DNA of 42,227 nt from a virus: positions 1 through 42,227 of IMG/VR virus record IMGVR_UViG_3300019487_000012; one strand, written 5' to 3'. Position 1 is the stretch's first letter. Each line of letters starts with the position of its first letter. The translations under genes were made by a program, and so were the position numbers. Under the pieces are notes generated by a model, which worked only from the letters and a program-made list of their open reading frames with translations, made no database searches and was not told the DNA's origin. This document shows, one piece after another, positions 1 through 9,600 of this stretch.

Positions 1-123
1 AAAAGCTACTAAAGGAACTCCTTTACCAACTTATGAAGATGTTGTACGAACTGACATTTTTGGGGTTTAAAAATGCAATTTGAAAAAATATTAAATATAT
101 TACAAGCTTTAGAAGAAGAAGAA
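1..123. repeat. Terminal redundancy: 1-123 is identical to 42105-42227, so the contig is a circular or circularly permuted assembly with a unit length of about 42,104 bp
   Basis: Compared both ends base by base. The overlap lies inside coding sequence: bases 2-70 are the C-terminal end of the methyltransferase gene 41653..42174, and 73-123 is the start of ORF 73..285. An assembly overlap is therefore more likely than a defined non-coding DTR. Confidence 0.95.
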
Positions 124-285
124 CGCGAATTAAATAAGCGATTAAGGGAAGTTGAAACAAACTGTAGACAAATAACGAATCAACTTACTCAATTGGAAAT
201 TAATAGGGTATTTTACATTTCGCAACTCTTGCATACTGAAGAAGTGAAGAAGATTTTAGGAAAAAGGGAGAAAGAAAAACAATGA
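73..285 (+). CDS. Hypothetical small coiled-coil protein (70 aa)
   Basis: ORF with ATG 2 nt after the upstream stop. E/K/L/Q-rich heptad-like sequence. ATGA overlap with the next gene. Confidence 0.55.
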   Translation: MQFEKILNILQALEEEERELNKRLREVETNCRQITNQLTQLEINRVFYISQLLHTEEVKKILGKREKEKQ

Positions 286-749
286 TACAAGCACAAGATA
301 TCATTGCATTGCGTGGATGCTTCCATATCCAAGTTAAGGATACGGAAGGTAATGTCGTGGAAGATTTAGGAGTACAAAATACTGTAGTGACTGCTGGTCG
401 AAGATGGGTACTTCAGCAAATTAACTCAGTAGATCATGCTACTGCCCAAGCACTTACACATTTGGCAGTTGGTACATCTACAACCGCGCCAGCAACAAGT
501 GATACGGCACTAGGTAATGAAAATTCTCGAATTGCCATTAACAGTTTTGTAACTTCAAATTTGACAAGTAATCCGCCAAGTTGGCAAGCACTTGCTAGTT
601 GGAATACGAATCAAGCAAATACAACGCTTGGCGAGGTTGGAATGTTTAATAGCAACTCTGGCGGAACTATGCTTGCCCGTGCCACATTTAGCACTGTAAA
701 CAAAACTACAAGCAACACTCTTAGCATCACCTATACAATCTCAGCTTGA
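282..749 (+). CDS. Conserved-looking phage structural-module protein, S/T/N-rich (155 aa)
   Basis: AGGGAG Shine-Dalgarno upstream and ATGA coupling. The motif AVGTSTTAPATSDTALGNE resembles a motif I recall from small phage virion-module proteins, but I cannot name a family. It sits between the two glycosyltransferase/methyltransferase sets. Confidence 0.6.
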   Translation: MIQAQDIIALRGCFHIQVKDTEGNVVEDLGVQNTVVTAGRRWVLQQINSVDHATAQALTHLAVGTSTTAPATSDTALGNENSRIAINSFVTSNLTSNPPSWQALASWNTNQANTTLGEVGMFNSNSGGTMLARATFSTVNKTTSNTLSITYTISA

Positions 750-760
750 AAAGGATTTAC

Positions 761-1912
761 ATGCCTGGATTAATGATTGGTATTCCAACTCTTGAATCTC
801 GCCCAATTCATATTGATTGGGCATTTGCATTTAAAGGAATTAATCCTCCTTTGAATTACAATACTATTTTCTCATGCATCAAAAATCAACCCGTAGCAAT
901 CGCACGTAATTTAATTGCGGAAGAAGCAGTTAGACAAAATTGTAAATACCTCTTTTTTCTAGGTGATGATACAATTCCGCCTCCACATGCATTACGGCAG
1001 CTTATTTTCCGCATGGAAAATACTGCTGATTTAGCAATGTGCGGCGGAATTTATTGCTCAAAAACGAACCCGCCTACTCCATTAGTTTTCCGCGGAAATG
1101 GAGAGGGAAGTTTTTGGGACTGGAAAATGGGTGAGTTTTTTGAAGTAACTGGTATTGGGATGGATTGTACGATTATTCGAGTATCAGCACTTCAAAAATT
1201 AGTGAAACCTTGGTTCCTAACTATAGACACTGATAAACACTTAGATGGTATAAACAATGCTGAAATGTGGACAGAGGATCTTTATTTTTGCAAGCGGGTT
1301 ACTGATGCAGGAATGAAAATTTATGCAGACGCTATGGTCCTATGCGATCATATTGACGTATTTAAGAATATAACTTATAGACTCCCTGCATACAGTTTGC
1401 CTACACGAATGCCTATTGCGAATGGAAAGAAAATAGTAGATTTAGGTTGCGGACTCCAAAAGAGAGATTTTGGAGAAGAAGGAACAGCAATTACAGTAGA
1501 TATTTGCGAAGATTACATGCCAGATTATCGCTGTGATGTTCGTCAACTTCCGTTTGGTAATTCAACATTTGATGTTGCTTTTTCTTCGCACGTCTTAGAG
1601 CATATTCCTCGTTCTGATGTGAATGAAACACTTAAAGAATGGGTGAGGATTCTAAAACCTGATGGTGAGTTACGTCTTATTTTACCTAATATAGCTTGGG
1701 CGGCCAAAAAGGTATTAGAAAATACGATTGACCATCACACATTAAACGTACTTTATGGCGGTCAAAGTAATCCTTATGATTACCACTATAATGGATTTAC
1801 AAAGGCGAGACTGGAAGAGCTATTAACCCCTTTGAATTTTGAACTTGTTTCATATGAAGAACAAGGCTATAATATGCTCGTTACAGCGAAAAAGGGTGTT
1901 AGAGAACTTTAA
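761..1912 (+). CDS. Fusion protein: N-terminal GT-A (family 2-like) glycosyltransferase plus C-terminal class I SAM-dependent methyltransferase
   Basis: The ORF track starts at TTG 746. ATG 761 has AAAGGA 6 nt upstream and is preferred. Glycosyltransferase motifs: FFLGDDT (DxD-like) and TEDLYFCKR. Methyltransferase motifs: VDLGCG (motif I), FDVAFSSHVLEHI, LKPDGEL. Both halves are paralogous to the separate genes 40937..41656 and 41653..42174. Confidence 0.8.
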   Translation: MPGLMIGIPTLESRPIHIDWAFAFKGINPPLNYNTIFSCIKNQPVAIARNLIAEEAVRQNCKYLFFLGDDTIPPPHALRQLIFRMENTADLAMCGGIYCSKTNPPTPLVFRGNGEGSFWDWKMGEFFEVTGIGMDCTIIRVSALQKLVKPWFLTIDTDKHLDGINNAEMWTEDLYFCKRVTDAGMKIYADAMVLCDHIDVFKNITYRLPAYSLPTRMPIANGKKIVDLGCGLQKRDFGEEGTAITVDICEDYMPDYRCDVRQLPFGNSTFDVAFSSHVLEHIPRSDVNETLKEWVRILKPDGELRLILPNIAWAAKKVLENTIDHHTLNVLYGGQSNPYDYHYNGFTKARLEELLTPLNFELVSYEEQGYNMLVTAKKGVREL

Positions 1913-4452
1913 TGGCCAGTTTATTAGCAACAGCAACAGGAAATTTCACGGCTATAAGTTCGTGGGGAGTAGTTGATTCTACTTCTGAATTAGATAGTGA
2001 AGCTTCGACTACTATAATAAGCACAACTAATTTAGATAGCTCAACTTTTACGCCGGGAGAGATTACTGTTGATGGAGTTGCAATTAAAATCTCAGGGCGA
2101 GCAACTACGCCTTCTGGAACATTTACAGCTACGTTAAGGAATAGTACTGATTCAATTGATATTGCATCAGTAACAATAAATGTTAGTGATTTACCTACTT
2201 CTGCGCTTGGGTGGTTTTTCTTTAAGTTTAGTAGCTCATATACTTTACTTGCTGCGACGAATTACTTAATTCGTTTAGTTTGCTCAGCTACAGGAAATCA
2301 AGTAACTGTATATCGAAATGCTACATCTAATAATCATTCCCGGAAACTAAGAACAACAACAACAGCAGCTCCTGGAAGCGGAGATCATTTAGTTATTTGT
2401 AATGAGTTGACTGGCGCTGGAACGTCAAATGCAATTACAATAACTATGGAAAATACAGCAACAACTAGTTTCGGACCTACCGTTTCAGGTGGTCCGCCAC
2501 AGGGAATTGTTGTTTCTGGATTTGGTACACTCACCTGGGCTACAAGTGGCAGTACAAATTATTATTTAAAATGGAAAGGAGTATTTTTAATCTCTGGTGG
2601 AGGAACAGTAAATATAGGAACTAGTGGAACGCCTATTCCAGCAACATCTACTGCGGTTCTTGAAATGGACTGTGTTGCTAATGTAGATTCTGGGATTCAT
2701 GTTTTTGTGGGTGGTACTTTAAATGCTTATGGAGTTGCACCAACTACTAGACATACGCTTATGACTGCTGATGCTGCGGCTACTGACACAATAATTCAAG
2801 TAAGTAGCACTACTGGGTGGGCAGCTGGTGATGAATTAGCATTTGCTGCAACATCCGCAACTGCAACACAAATAGAGAAGAGAACAATTTCAACAGTAGA
2901 TAGCTCTGTGCAGGTTACACTTACTTCAGGTTTATCTTTTGCACATTTAGGCACAGCGGCTGACGTTAAATGTGAAGTCGGGCATTTAACTCGTAATGTT
3001 AAATTTAGAGGACTTTCTACAAGTTTACAAGGTTACTTGCAGTTGAACGGACAGACAGCCGTAAGTACACTGGTAAGTGTTGAAATTTCTGCGTTTGGAT
3101 CAGGAAGTGATCCTAAACGCGGAATACAAATTATTAATGGTGTTACACTTACAATGACTTCTTGTACTTTTCATGATTGTAGTACAGGCGGAAGTTGGGC
3201 ATTGTGGAACTCCTCAGGTTCAGTTTCAACATTAACTATTAGCTTTTTTGTTGTTTACAGTGTAAATACTTTCTTCACGCTGCAAGTAAATAATTTTGGT
3301 AGCCTTACTGATTCTTTATTTATTGGCTATATAAATATGTCGGAAATACGTTGCACAGGTGCTGAAACATTTAAGAATAATACTTTAACTTCACCTGTTT
3401 CAGGTTTTGTGAGTATTCTTCTATTAGGTCCTAGTTCTACTTCTACATCTGTTACTTTTGAAAGAGCTAATTGGAGTGGAAATGTTCTTCATCATTGTGC
3501 ATCTTCAAATATACTAGTGATTGCTTCTGCATTAAGGTATTCGGGAACTCTGTTAAATTGGAAAATTTGGTCTGCTAGTATAGGTGTTGCAGGAATTGTT
3601 CTAAACACAACTACTTTTTTTCAAAATTTTATAATGGAAGGGCTGAATATATTTGGTACGGGTAGTGTAGGTTTTAACTTTAACAATCCCTGTGGAGGGA
3701 AAGTAACTTTTAAAGACTGCTCATTCTCTAACTCTTCAGTAGGAATTAGCACAGGAACAGGTGCTGGAATACAATTTATCGAAAGAATGTATTTATATGT
3801 AATTCTAGATACTTGCACATTCGGGGTTGTTACAGGAATACATACTGCGCACGCTACATCAGATTTGATTTTTAACCATACTGGCGTAGATGTAACTGTT
3901 CTCGCTCTAAATACTAGGCTTGCCTCTACAACTCCGCATACTACATTATCTTCATCAGTTTGCAGTTTAGCTACCTCAGTTCGTTCTCAAAAATGGCTAC
4001 AGACTGCAAATGATCATCGCGCTGCTTTTGTATTCGGACGATCTACATTAGATACTAATATTTACAGAGCATCTTCACCTTCGCTTAGATTAGTTCCTAA
4101 TAATGCATCAAATAAATTTGGCTCTGCAATTGTTAAACAGTTAACAATAGATTCGGGATCTACACCGATACTTTCTGTATGGGCTAGAAAATCAAGTAGT
4201 GGAGACGCAACATATCAAAGTATTACTCCCGCAAATTACAACGGTAATCATCCTAGATTAATTTTAAAGCAGAATATACCATTAGGAATTACAGCAGATA
4301 CTGTGCTTGCTACAATGACAGCCGCAGTAGGTAATTGGGAAGAATTATCAGCCACGTTACCTGCCCCTTCAGATCACGGAATATATGAAGTATACGTAGA
4401 TTGTGATGGTACAGCAGGCTGGGTTAATATTGACGATTGGTTGGTGACTTAA
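1912..4452 (+). CDS. Tail fibre/tailspike-like protein, S/T-rich, probable right-handed beta-helix (846 aa)
   Basis: TAATG coupling to the upstream gene. Long low-complexity S/T/G/N-rich repeats typical of beta-helix. The segment WAAGDELAFAATS..IEKRTISTV...VTLTSGLSFAHLG resembles the G8/beta-helix entry motif. It lies in the tail module. Confidence 0.65.
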   Translation: MASLLATATGNFTAISSWGVVDSTSELDSEASTTIISTTNLDSSTFTPGEITVDGVAIKISGRATTPSGTFTATLRNSTDSIDIASVTINVSDLPTSALGWFFFKFSSSYTLLAATNYLIRLVCSATGNQVTVYRNATSNNHSRKLRTTTTAAPGSGDHLVICNELTGAGTSNAITITMENTATTSFGPTVSGGPPQGIVVSGFGTLTWATSGSTNYYLKWKGVFLISGGGTVNIGTSGTPIPATSTAVLEMDCVANVDSGIHVFVGGTLNAYGVAPTTRHTLMTADAAATDTIIQVSSTTGWAAGDELAFAATSATATQIEKRTISTVDSSVQVTLTSGLSFAHLGTAADVKCEVGHLTRNVKFRGLSTSLQGYLQLNGQTAVSTLVSVEISAFGSGSDPKRGIQIINGVTLTMTSCTFHDCSTGGSWALWNSSGSVSTLTISFFVVYSVNTFFTLQVNNFGSLTDSLFIGYINMSEIRCTGAETFKNNTLTSPVSGFVSILLLGPSSTSTSVTFERANWSGNVLHHCASSNILVIASALRYSGTLLNWKIWSASIGVAGIVLNTTTFFQNFIMEGLNIFGTGSVGFNFNNPCGGKVTFKDCSFSNSSVGISTGTGAGIQFIERMYLYVILDTCTFGVVTGIHTAHATSDLIFNHTGVDVTVLALNTRLASTTPHTTLSSSVCSLATSVRSQKWLQTANDHRAAFVFGRSTLDTNIYRASSPSLRLVPNNASNKFGSAIVKQLTIDSGSTPILSVWARKSSSGDATYQSITPANYNGNHPRLILKQNIPLGITADTVLATMTAAVGNWEELSATLPAPSDHGIYEVYVDCDGTAGWVNIDDWLVT

Positions 4453-5405
4453 TTGTGGCTCAAAAATACTGGTTTGATGGCATTGCGGCCATTAATCTAT
4501 TAGGAGATTCAACACAAAAATATTGGTTAAACGGGCTTCCGGGATTATCTGTTGGCATATCTAGTGTAGGGCCAGCTCATATCACTTTAACATTTGAAGA
4601 TGCCATTGAGTTAACTGATGCGATTTTATTAAATATTGGGCTTACTGCTGTTTTTAGTGATACTTTAGAATTAGTAGATGCAGTACAAGTAGACTTTTTA
4701 GTCTTTATTCTTAATATTCCTCTTCAATTTTTGGATCGCTTAGAAATAGGAGAAGCAGAATTAAATGTTGTTCCAGGTGGGCAGGTTGATCATGCGTTTC
4801 AGTTTAGCGACAAATTTTATTTTCAAGATGATATTAATGCAGCCGAACCGAGAACTAATGCACCAGAAGACAGCCTTAGTTTAAGTGACGCTATTAATGT
4901 TCGCTTAGACTCAGTAGTTGAAGCAGCAGATACTCTATTCTATAATTGGGGAGATGAAGCAAGAGTGGTATTAGGACAAGAAATAGCCGTTTCAGATAGT
5001 TTAACGTTATCTGATGCTATTAGCGTTCAATTAACTATTGTTGCTATTGTAATTTCTGTTTCTGATTCTTTATCTTTAAGTGATGTTGTAACGGTTCGCT
5101 TAGTATTATTAAAAGCAATAAACGATAATATTACATTATCTGATGCTGTTGTAGTTAGAATAGACGGAGCAATTGCTGTTGCGGATAGTCTTAGCTTATC
5201 TGATGCACTACAAGTCTTATTTACAGAAGGACGTTCCGATATTGCAGATTTGCTTAATCTGAGTGACTCAGTTAATGTTTCGTTAAGTGCTCAACTTAAT
5301 GTTGCTGTTTCAGACAGTATGAGTTTTTCTGACAGTGCTACAACGAGACTAAAAGGAACTGATTTAAGTTATTTACGTCGTTATTTAAATGATGTGCCAA
5401 GATGA
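4437..5405 (+). CDS. Repeat-containing fibre-like structural protein (about 10 copies of xDxLxLSDxxxVxL)
   Basis: There is no ATG anywhere near the 5' end. The start must be TTG 4437 or GTG 4455. The periodic motif is listed under the repeat feature. ATGA coupling to the next gene. Confidence 0.6.
   Translation: MVGDLIVAQKYWFDGIAAINLLGDSTQKYWLNGLPGLSVGISSVGPAHITLTFEDAIELTDAILLNIGLTAVFSDTLELVDAVQVDFLVFILNIPLQFLDRLEIGEAELNVVPGGQVDHAFQFSDKFYFQDDINAAEPRTNAPEDSLSLSDAINVRLDSVVEAADTLFYNWGDEARVVLGQEIAVSDSLTLSDAISVQLTIVAIVISVSDSLSLSDVVTVRLVLLKAINDNITLSDAVVVRIDGAIAVADSLSLSDALQVLFTEGRSDIADLLNLSDSVNVSLSAQLNVAVSDSMSFSDSATTRLKGTDLSYLRRYLNDVPR
4578..5352 (+). repeat. Protein-level tandem repeats inside CDS 4437..5405
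   Basis: EDSLSLSDAINVRL, SDSLTLSDAISVQL, SDSLSLSDVVTVRL, NDNITLSDAVVVRI, ADSLSLSDALQVLF, ADLLNLSDSVNVSL, SDSMSFSDSATTRL, plus more degenerate N-terminal copies. The period is roughly 20-25 aa. The DNA copies are diverged. Confidence 0.8.
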
Positions 5406-6055
5406 CTAGAAACGAAATTCGCGAACAGTTAAGTCGTTCTTTAGAAGATCAAGGATTAATTCATTTTACAAATGATGATTTAAATGATTCTCTTCAAGAT
5501 GGTTATGATTTGATTGCTCTTTCTTCTTTATGCGTAGAGAGAATTACTTCTCTTACTTTTGTTGCAAATCGAGTATATTATGATTTTGCAACTTTAATTT
5601 CAAATTTTTATAGTCTTACAGCAATTTTTAATACTCGCACGAATAGATGGATCGAAATTAAACCATATGGATGGTTAGCTACCTGTGGAGATAATTGGGA
5701 AACTTTACATGGAGAAACCCAATTTGCTGCTCCAGTTGGAATTTCAACAATTGCATTTCATCCGACAATTCAAGAGAGCGCAGGCGAATTTGTTGTGCTG
5801 TATAAAGCACAAGCTCCTATTTTAGGAGATACATCACAACCTGAATTTCATCCGGAAAAACACTCGATTCTATTAGACTATAGTTTTGCTGATCTAATGC
5901 ATCAAAATTTGGAATATGCAAAAGCAAATTTAAAGTTTGCAAAGTTCTTGGCTGAATTGAATACTGTTAAACAATTTATTATGCTTAAGGATCAGCCAGC
6001 TAGAAGATTTGCTTTGTTATGCCAATATTTGACGACTCCTACCTCCAGTCTTTAA
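5402..6055 (+). CDS. Hypothetical virion protein, possible head-tail adaptor/neck component (217 aa)
   Basis: ATGA coupling. It lies upstream of the large tail protein. The N-terminal helix followed by a beta-rich body is reminiscent of connector/adaptor proteins. The assignment is positional only. Confidence 0.35.
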   Translation: MTRNEIREQLSRSLEDQGLIHFTNDDLNDSLQDGYDLIALSSLCVERITSLTFVANRVYYDFATLISNFYSLTAIFNTRTNRWIEIKPYGWLATCGDNWETLHGETQFAAPVGISTIAFHPTIQESAGEFVVLYKAQAPILGDTSQPEFHPEKHSILLDYSFADLMHQNLEYAKANLKFAKFLAELNTVKQFIMLKDQPARRFALLCQYLTTPTSSL

Positions 6056-6687
6056 TTGATGAAGGTGAGATAGAGATATCTCGCCAGATTCGGTTAATCC
6101 ATAATCGTATTGCTATTGCTACTACTGCTGGCAATAGCATATATTCTCTTCCAACAAATTTAATAGGGATTAGACGGGTTACTTGGAAAGGTAATGAATT
6201 ACCAGCACTTTCTGTCATAGAAATGAATACAAGTGATTATTTTCGACCTCAAAATCTGATGAATCAGACAGTACCTAAGTGGTTCAATCCGCTTAATAAT
6301 AATTATGAGAAGATTCAAATTCTGCCCGTTCCAAATGAATCATTAGTTGATACTGGAGACTTAAATGATTCTGAAATAATTAAAGAGAGGTTTATTATAA
6401 CTGGAATTTTCTTAGCTATTCCAACAGGGACTACTTATAGGCTTCCTGAGTTTATGCGTAGAAATGTAATTAAATTCTATGCAATGCGAGAAGCCTACTT
6501 ACGAGAAGGAAAAGGTCAAAATTTAACTGCTTCCGAATATTTTGGGAATATGTATAGCACCTTTTTAGGGATATACAAAGAAATAATGGAAGCTATTCCG
6601 CGCGCTGTCAGATATTCACTAGAACCAAATCAGCATAGAAAAATAGCACGTCCGCAATTACCGACAACAGGAAAATGGTCATTTTAA
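6019..6687 (+). CDS. Hypothetical virion protein, possible adaptor/tail tubular protein A-like (222 aa)
   Basis: It lies immediately upstream of the 1155-aa tail protein, as T7 gp11 lies upstream of gp12. Its architecture resembles the preceding ORF. It overlaps that ORF by 37 nt. Confidence 0.35.
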   Translation: MPIFDDSYLQSLIDEGEIEISRQIRLIHNRIAIATTAGNSIYSLPTNLIGIRRVTWKGNELPALSVIEMNTSDYFRPQNLMNQTVPKWFNPLNNNYEKIQILPVPNESLVDTGDLNDSEIIKERFIITGIFLAIPTGTTYRLPEFMRRNVIKFYAMREAYLREGKGQNLTASEYFGNMYSTFLGIYKEIMEAIPRAVRYSLEPNQHRKIARPQLPTTGKWSF

Positions 6688-9600
6688 ATGGCGCACTTAA
6701 CTAGAGAAAGATGGCCAAACGGATGGATTCCGTCTGATGATGACCTTAATGGTCGCAAAGATGGGCTATTACGAATGGATAATTGTTATCTGGATGAAAA
6801 TGGAGTAGTTTCACTTGTTCCAGGTACTCAAATAATTAATGGCCCCTTTCCGGGGATTGTACACACTATTTATTCTCGTGTATTTGGCTCACAACAACAG
6901 TATTTTCTTGGATTAAGTAATGGTGCTATTTATAGCGGAGGAGGACATGAAATTATTGGAGCAGGTCATCCCTCTAGTGCTAGTTTTAGCACTGCTTTTG
7001 GCTTTGTATTTATGGCTACAGGGACCAAAAAAGGTAGATGGGATGGGACTAGATTATACGAGCTTGGGTTATCAAAATCTGGAATCGTAAATGCAGTAAA
7101 TGCTACAGGCCCAGTTGTAACTGTTTTACCTAGTTGGGCAGGAGCTATTGCGGATACTGGAACTATTGAAACTCCAGGAGATAATGTTGAGGTTTTAGCC
7201 GAAGAAAATCTAGGTGCAGTTAGAGTAGCTCGCGGAGCTGATTTAACTGCATTTGACGATGGTGGATTTGGAACAGATGAGGATAGATTTCATTTTCCAA
7301 TTCGTATTGAAAATACAGATAAACTTGTTAGTGTTCGCGTGGCTATTCTCTTAGAATTTGCTGAGGGAGCTAGTGATTATTATTTCTTTGAATGGAACAA
7401 TAATTCTATTCCCTCACCATTCACACAAGGTTTAAATGCATGGACTTCGCTCGAATGTAAGCGATCTGAATTTGAACGAGTTGGTAGCAATACTGATTTA
7501 GATTGGAAAAGTGTTGCAGGAATTCGTGTCGAAGTTCGTTTTACTGAAAACTTACATTTCTTAGCTACTCCAATGTATTTCTTTGGCAGTAGTAAGGGAC
7601 CACTAAATGGTAGTTACGAATATATGCAAGTAAATGTTCGTAATACTGGTACATATCAAGTTAAAAGTGAGGCAGGTGAGCCATCTCAAATAGTTTTTCC
7701 AATTAACGGACGTGTTGAAATTACACCTTCAGCAGCTTCAGAAAGTGATGTCAATGAAATTTGGATATTTCGTAGGAGTGCAGACCCTTCAAAAGACGTA
7801 ACTGATATCGGGGCACCACGAAAATTAGAACAATGGTATCGAGTTAAAATTTTAGAATCCGCAACACAATTTGAAGATGAGCTAAGTGATGAGCTTGCAT
7901 TGCGCGAGGGAACTACACATGATGAACGAAATCTTTCAATTCTAGACTTTCAAGATGAAATCTTTGGCCTAACAGATTATGTATTTGGGCGAATTTGCTA
8001 TCTAACAGTAGATCAAATTATAATTTCAGCTTTTAATGATCCAGAAAGCTATAATCCTTTTCACACAGTTAAACTTAGCGGTACTAATTTAGAGAAAAAT
8101 CTTTGGATTGCAAAAGTAGGTGAAGGACGACTATTAATTGGCACGACAAAAGATATCTATGAGCTAACAGGCACATTCCGTGACTTACCTGATGGGACTT
8201 TAGATATTAACATTATTGGCTTAGGAGTAGAATATGCCCCAATTACAGTTGATTTCGCCGTTGATCGCGGGGCAGTTTATTACTTTGCTTCAGATGGATG
8301 GCGAAGAATTTCAGGTGCTAATAGTGAACTTCTACTGGGCGATTTGGATTTGCTATTCAAGGGAAAGAATCGATTTGGCATTCCTCCAGTAGCAATATAT
8401 CCGAATGCACAGGCACGCTATGCTGTTACGATTTATAAAGATCAATTGTGGGCAGTTCTAAACTTTCAAGACGGCTCTAGACATGTTGTAATTTACGATT
8501 TTGTTCGTAAATATTGGCATTTGAGATATTTGGAGGCTATTTCTCTTCATGTTACTGAAGCAGGTGAATTAGTAGGTGGATTTGGTGGTGCGAGTGGCAA
8601 TTATCTAAGAAAACTAGATACTGGAACTAGTTTTGATAGCAACATGCCTGTTACAAATGTTGTTATACAAACTGGTTATGACAACGATAGCTTGCCTAGA
8701 AATCGCAAAGATACCTTTTCTCTACGTATTAAATTCGTAAATTCAGGAACTGTTGAAGTCTATATAGGTAAGGATCGTGAGGGATTTACTAAGCTTGGTG
8801 ACTTTGCAAGCGGTGAATACGTTCTTAAACTAGATGATTATACACTTGGAAAAGCGTATGCTGTTCAAATAATCGGTCGGAATCTAACTGAATTCAAATG
8901 GTATGGCTTTTCAATTGAATACGATCCTAGACCAGAACAAGTATCTTATCTAAGAATTCCAAATAGTAATCTTGGAACACTTGCTCGCAAGCGATTCACA
9001 AGCTATCCGTTTGTAGTTGATACTTTAGGTGGAGATGTTACTTTTACTCCATATATTGATAACAGTGCTAAAGCTCCAAGTACAATAAATAATGCAGTTA
9101 AACTAACACATTCACATTTCTTTACTGAAGAAACTGTAGGTGTTGATATTGGCGGAATACTTGAAGCTCCTGAAAACCAGCCTTTTGAATTTTATGGACC
9201 GAATTTAGAGGATGCAATAAGTGAAAAGCTACCTGCACCTACTTGTTTTTTAGTTATTCCGCAAGATGATTACGGTAATCCAAATCGAAAAAGGCATAGT
9301 AGTTACAAATTCAAAATTAATACTCGTGGACAGTTAGTTCGATTTACGCCTAAAATTGACGGTGTAACTTACGCTCCGCTCGATTTTAGTACAAGCGAGA
9401 AACGAACTGTAGAATACTTCTTTATTGTGGATACAATTGGGATAGATATTGGTGGAACATTACAATCTTTGACTTCCGATCCTTGCGTACCTTTTGAATA
9501 TTACGGAACTATTGTCCCTCAGCATATTGAAGTTTTACCGCCTAGACTTAAGCAATTTTATGCCCCTGAGACTAATTTTGGAATTGCTGCTAAGAAACGT

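Noticed and set aside
4437-5405. Diversity-generating retroelement or other targeted hypervariation acting on the repeat-rich fibre genes
   Set aside because: There is no reverse transcriptase ORF anywhere. There is also no template/variable repeat pair at the DNA level, and the repeats are diverged protein-level units.
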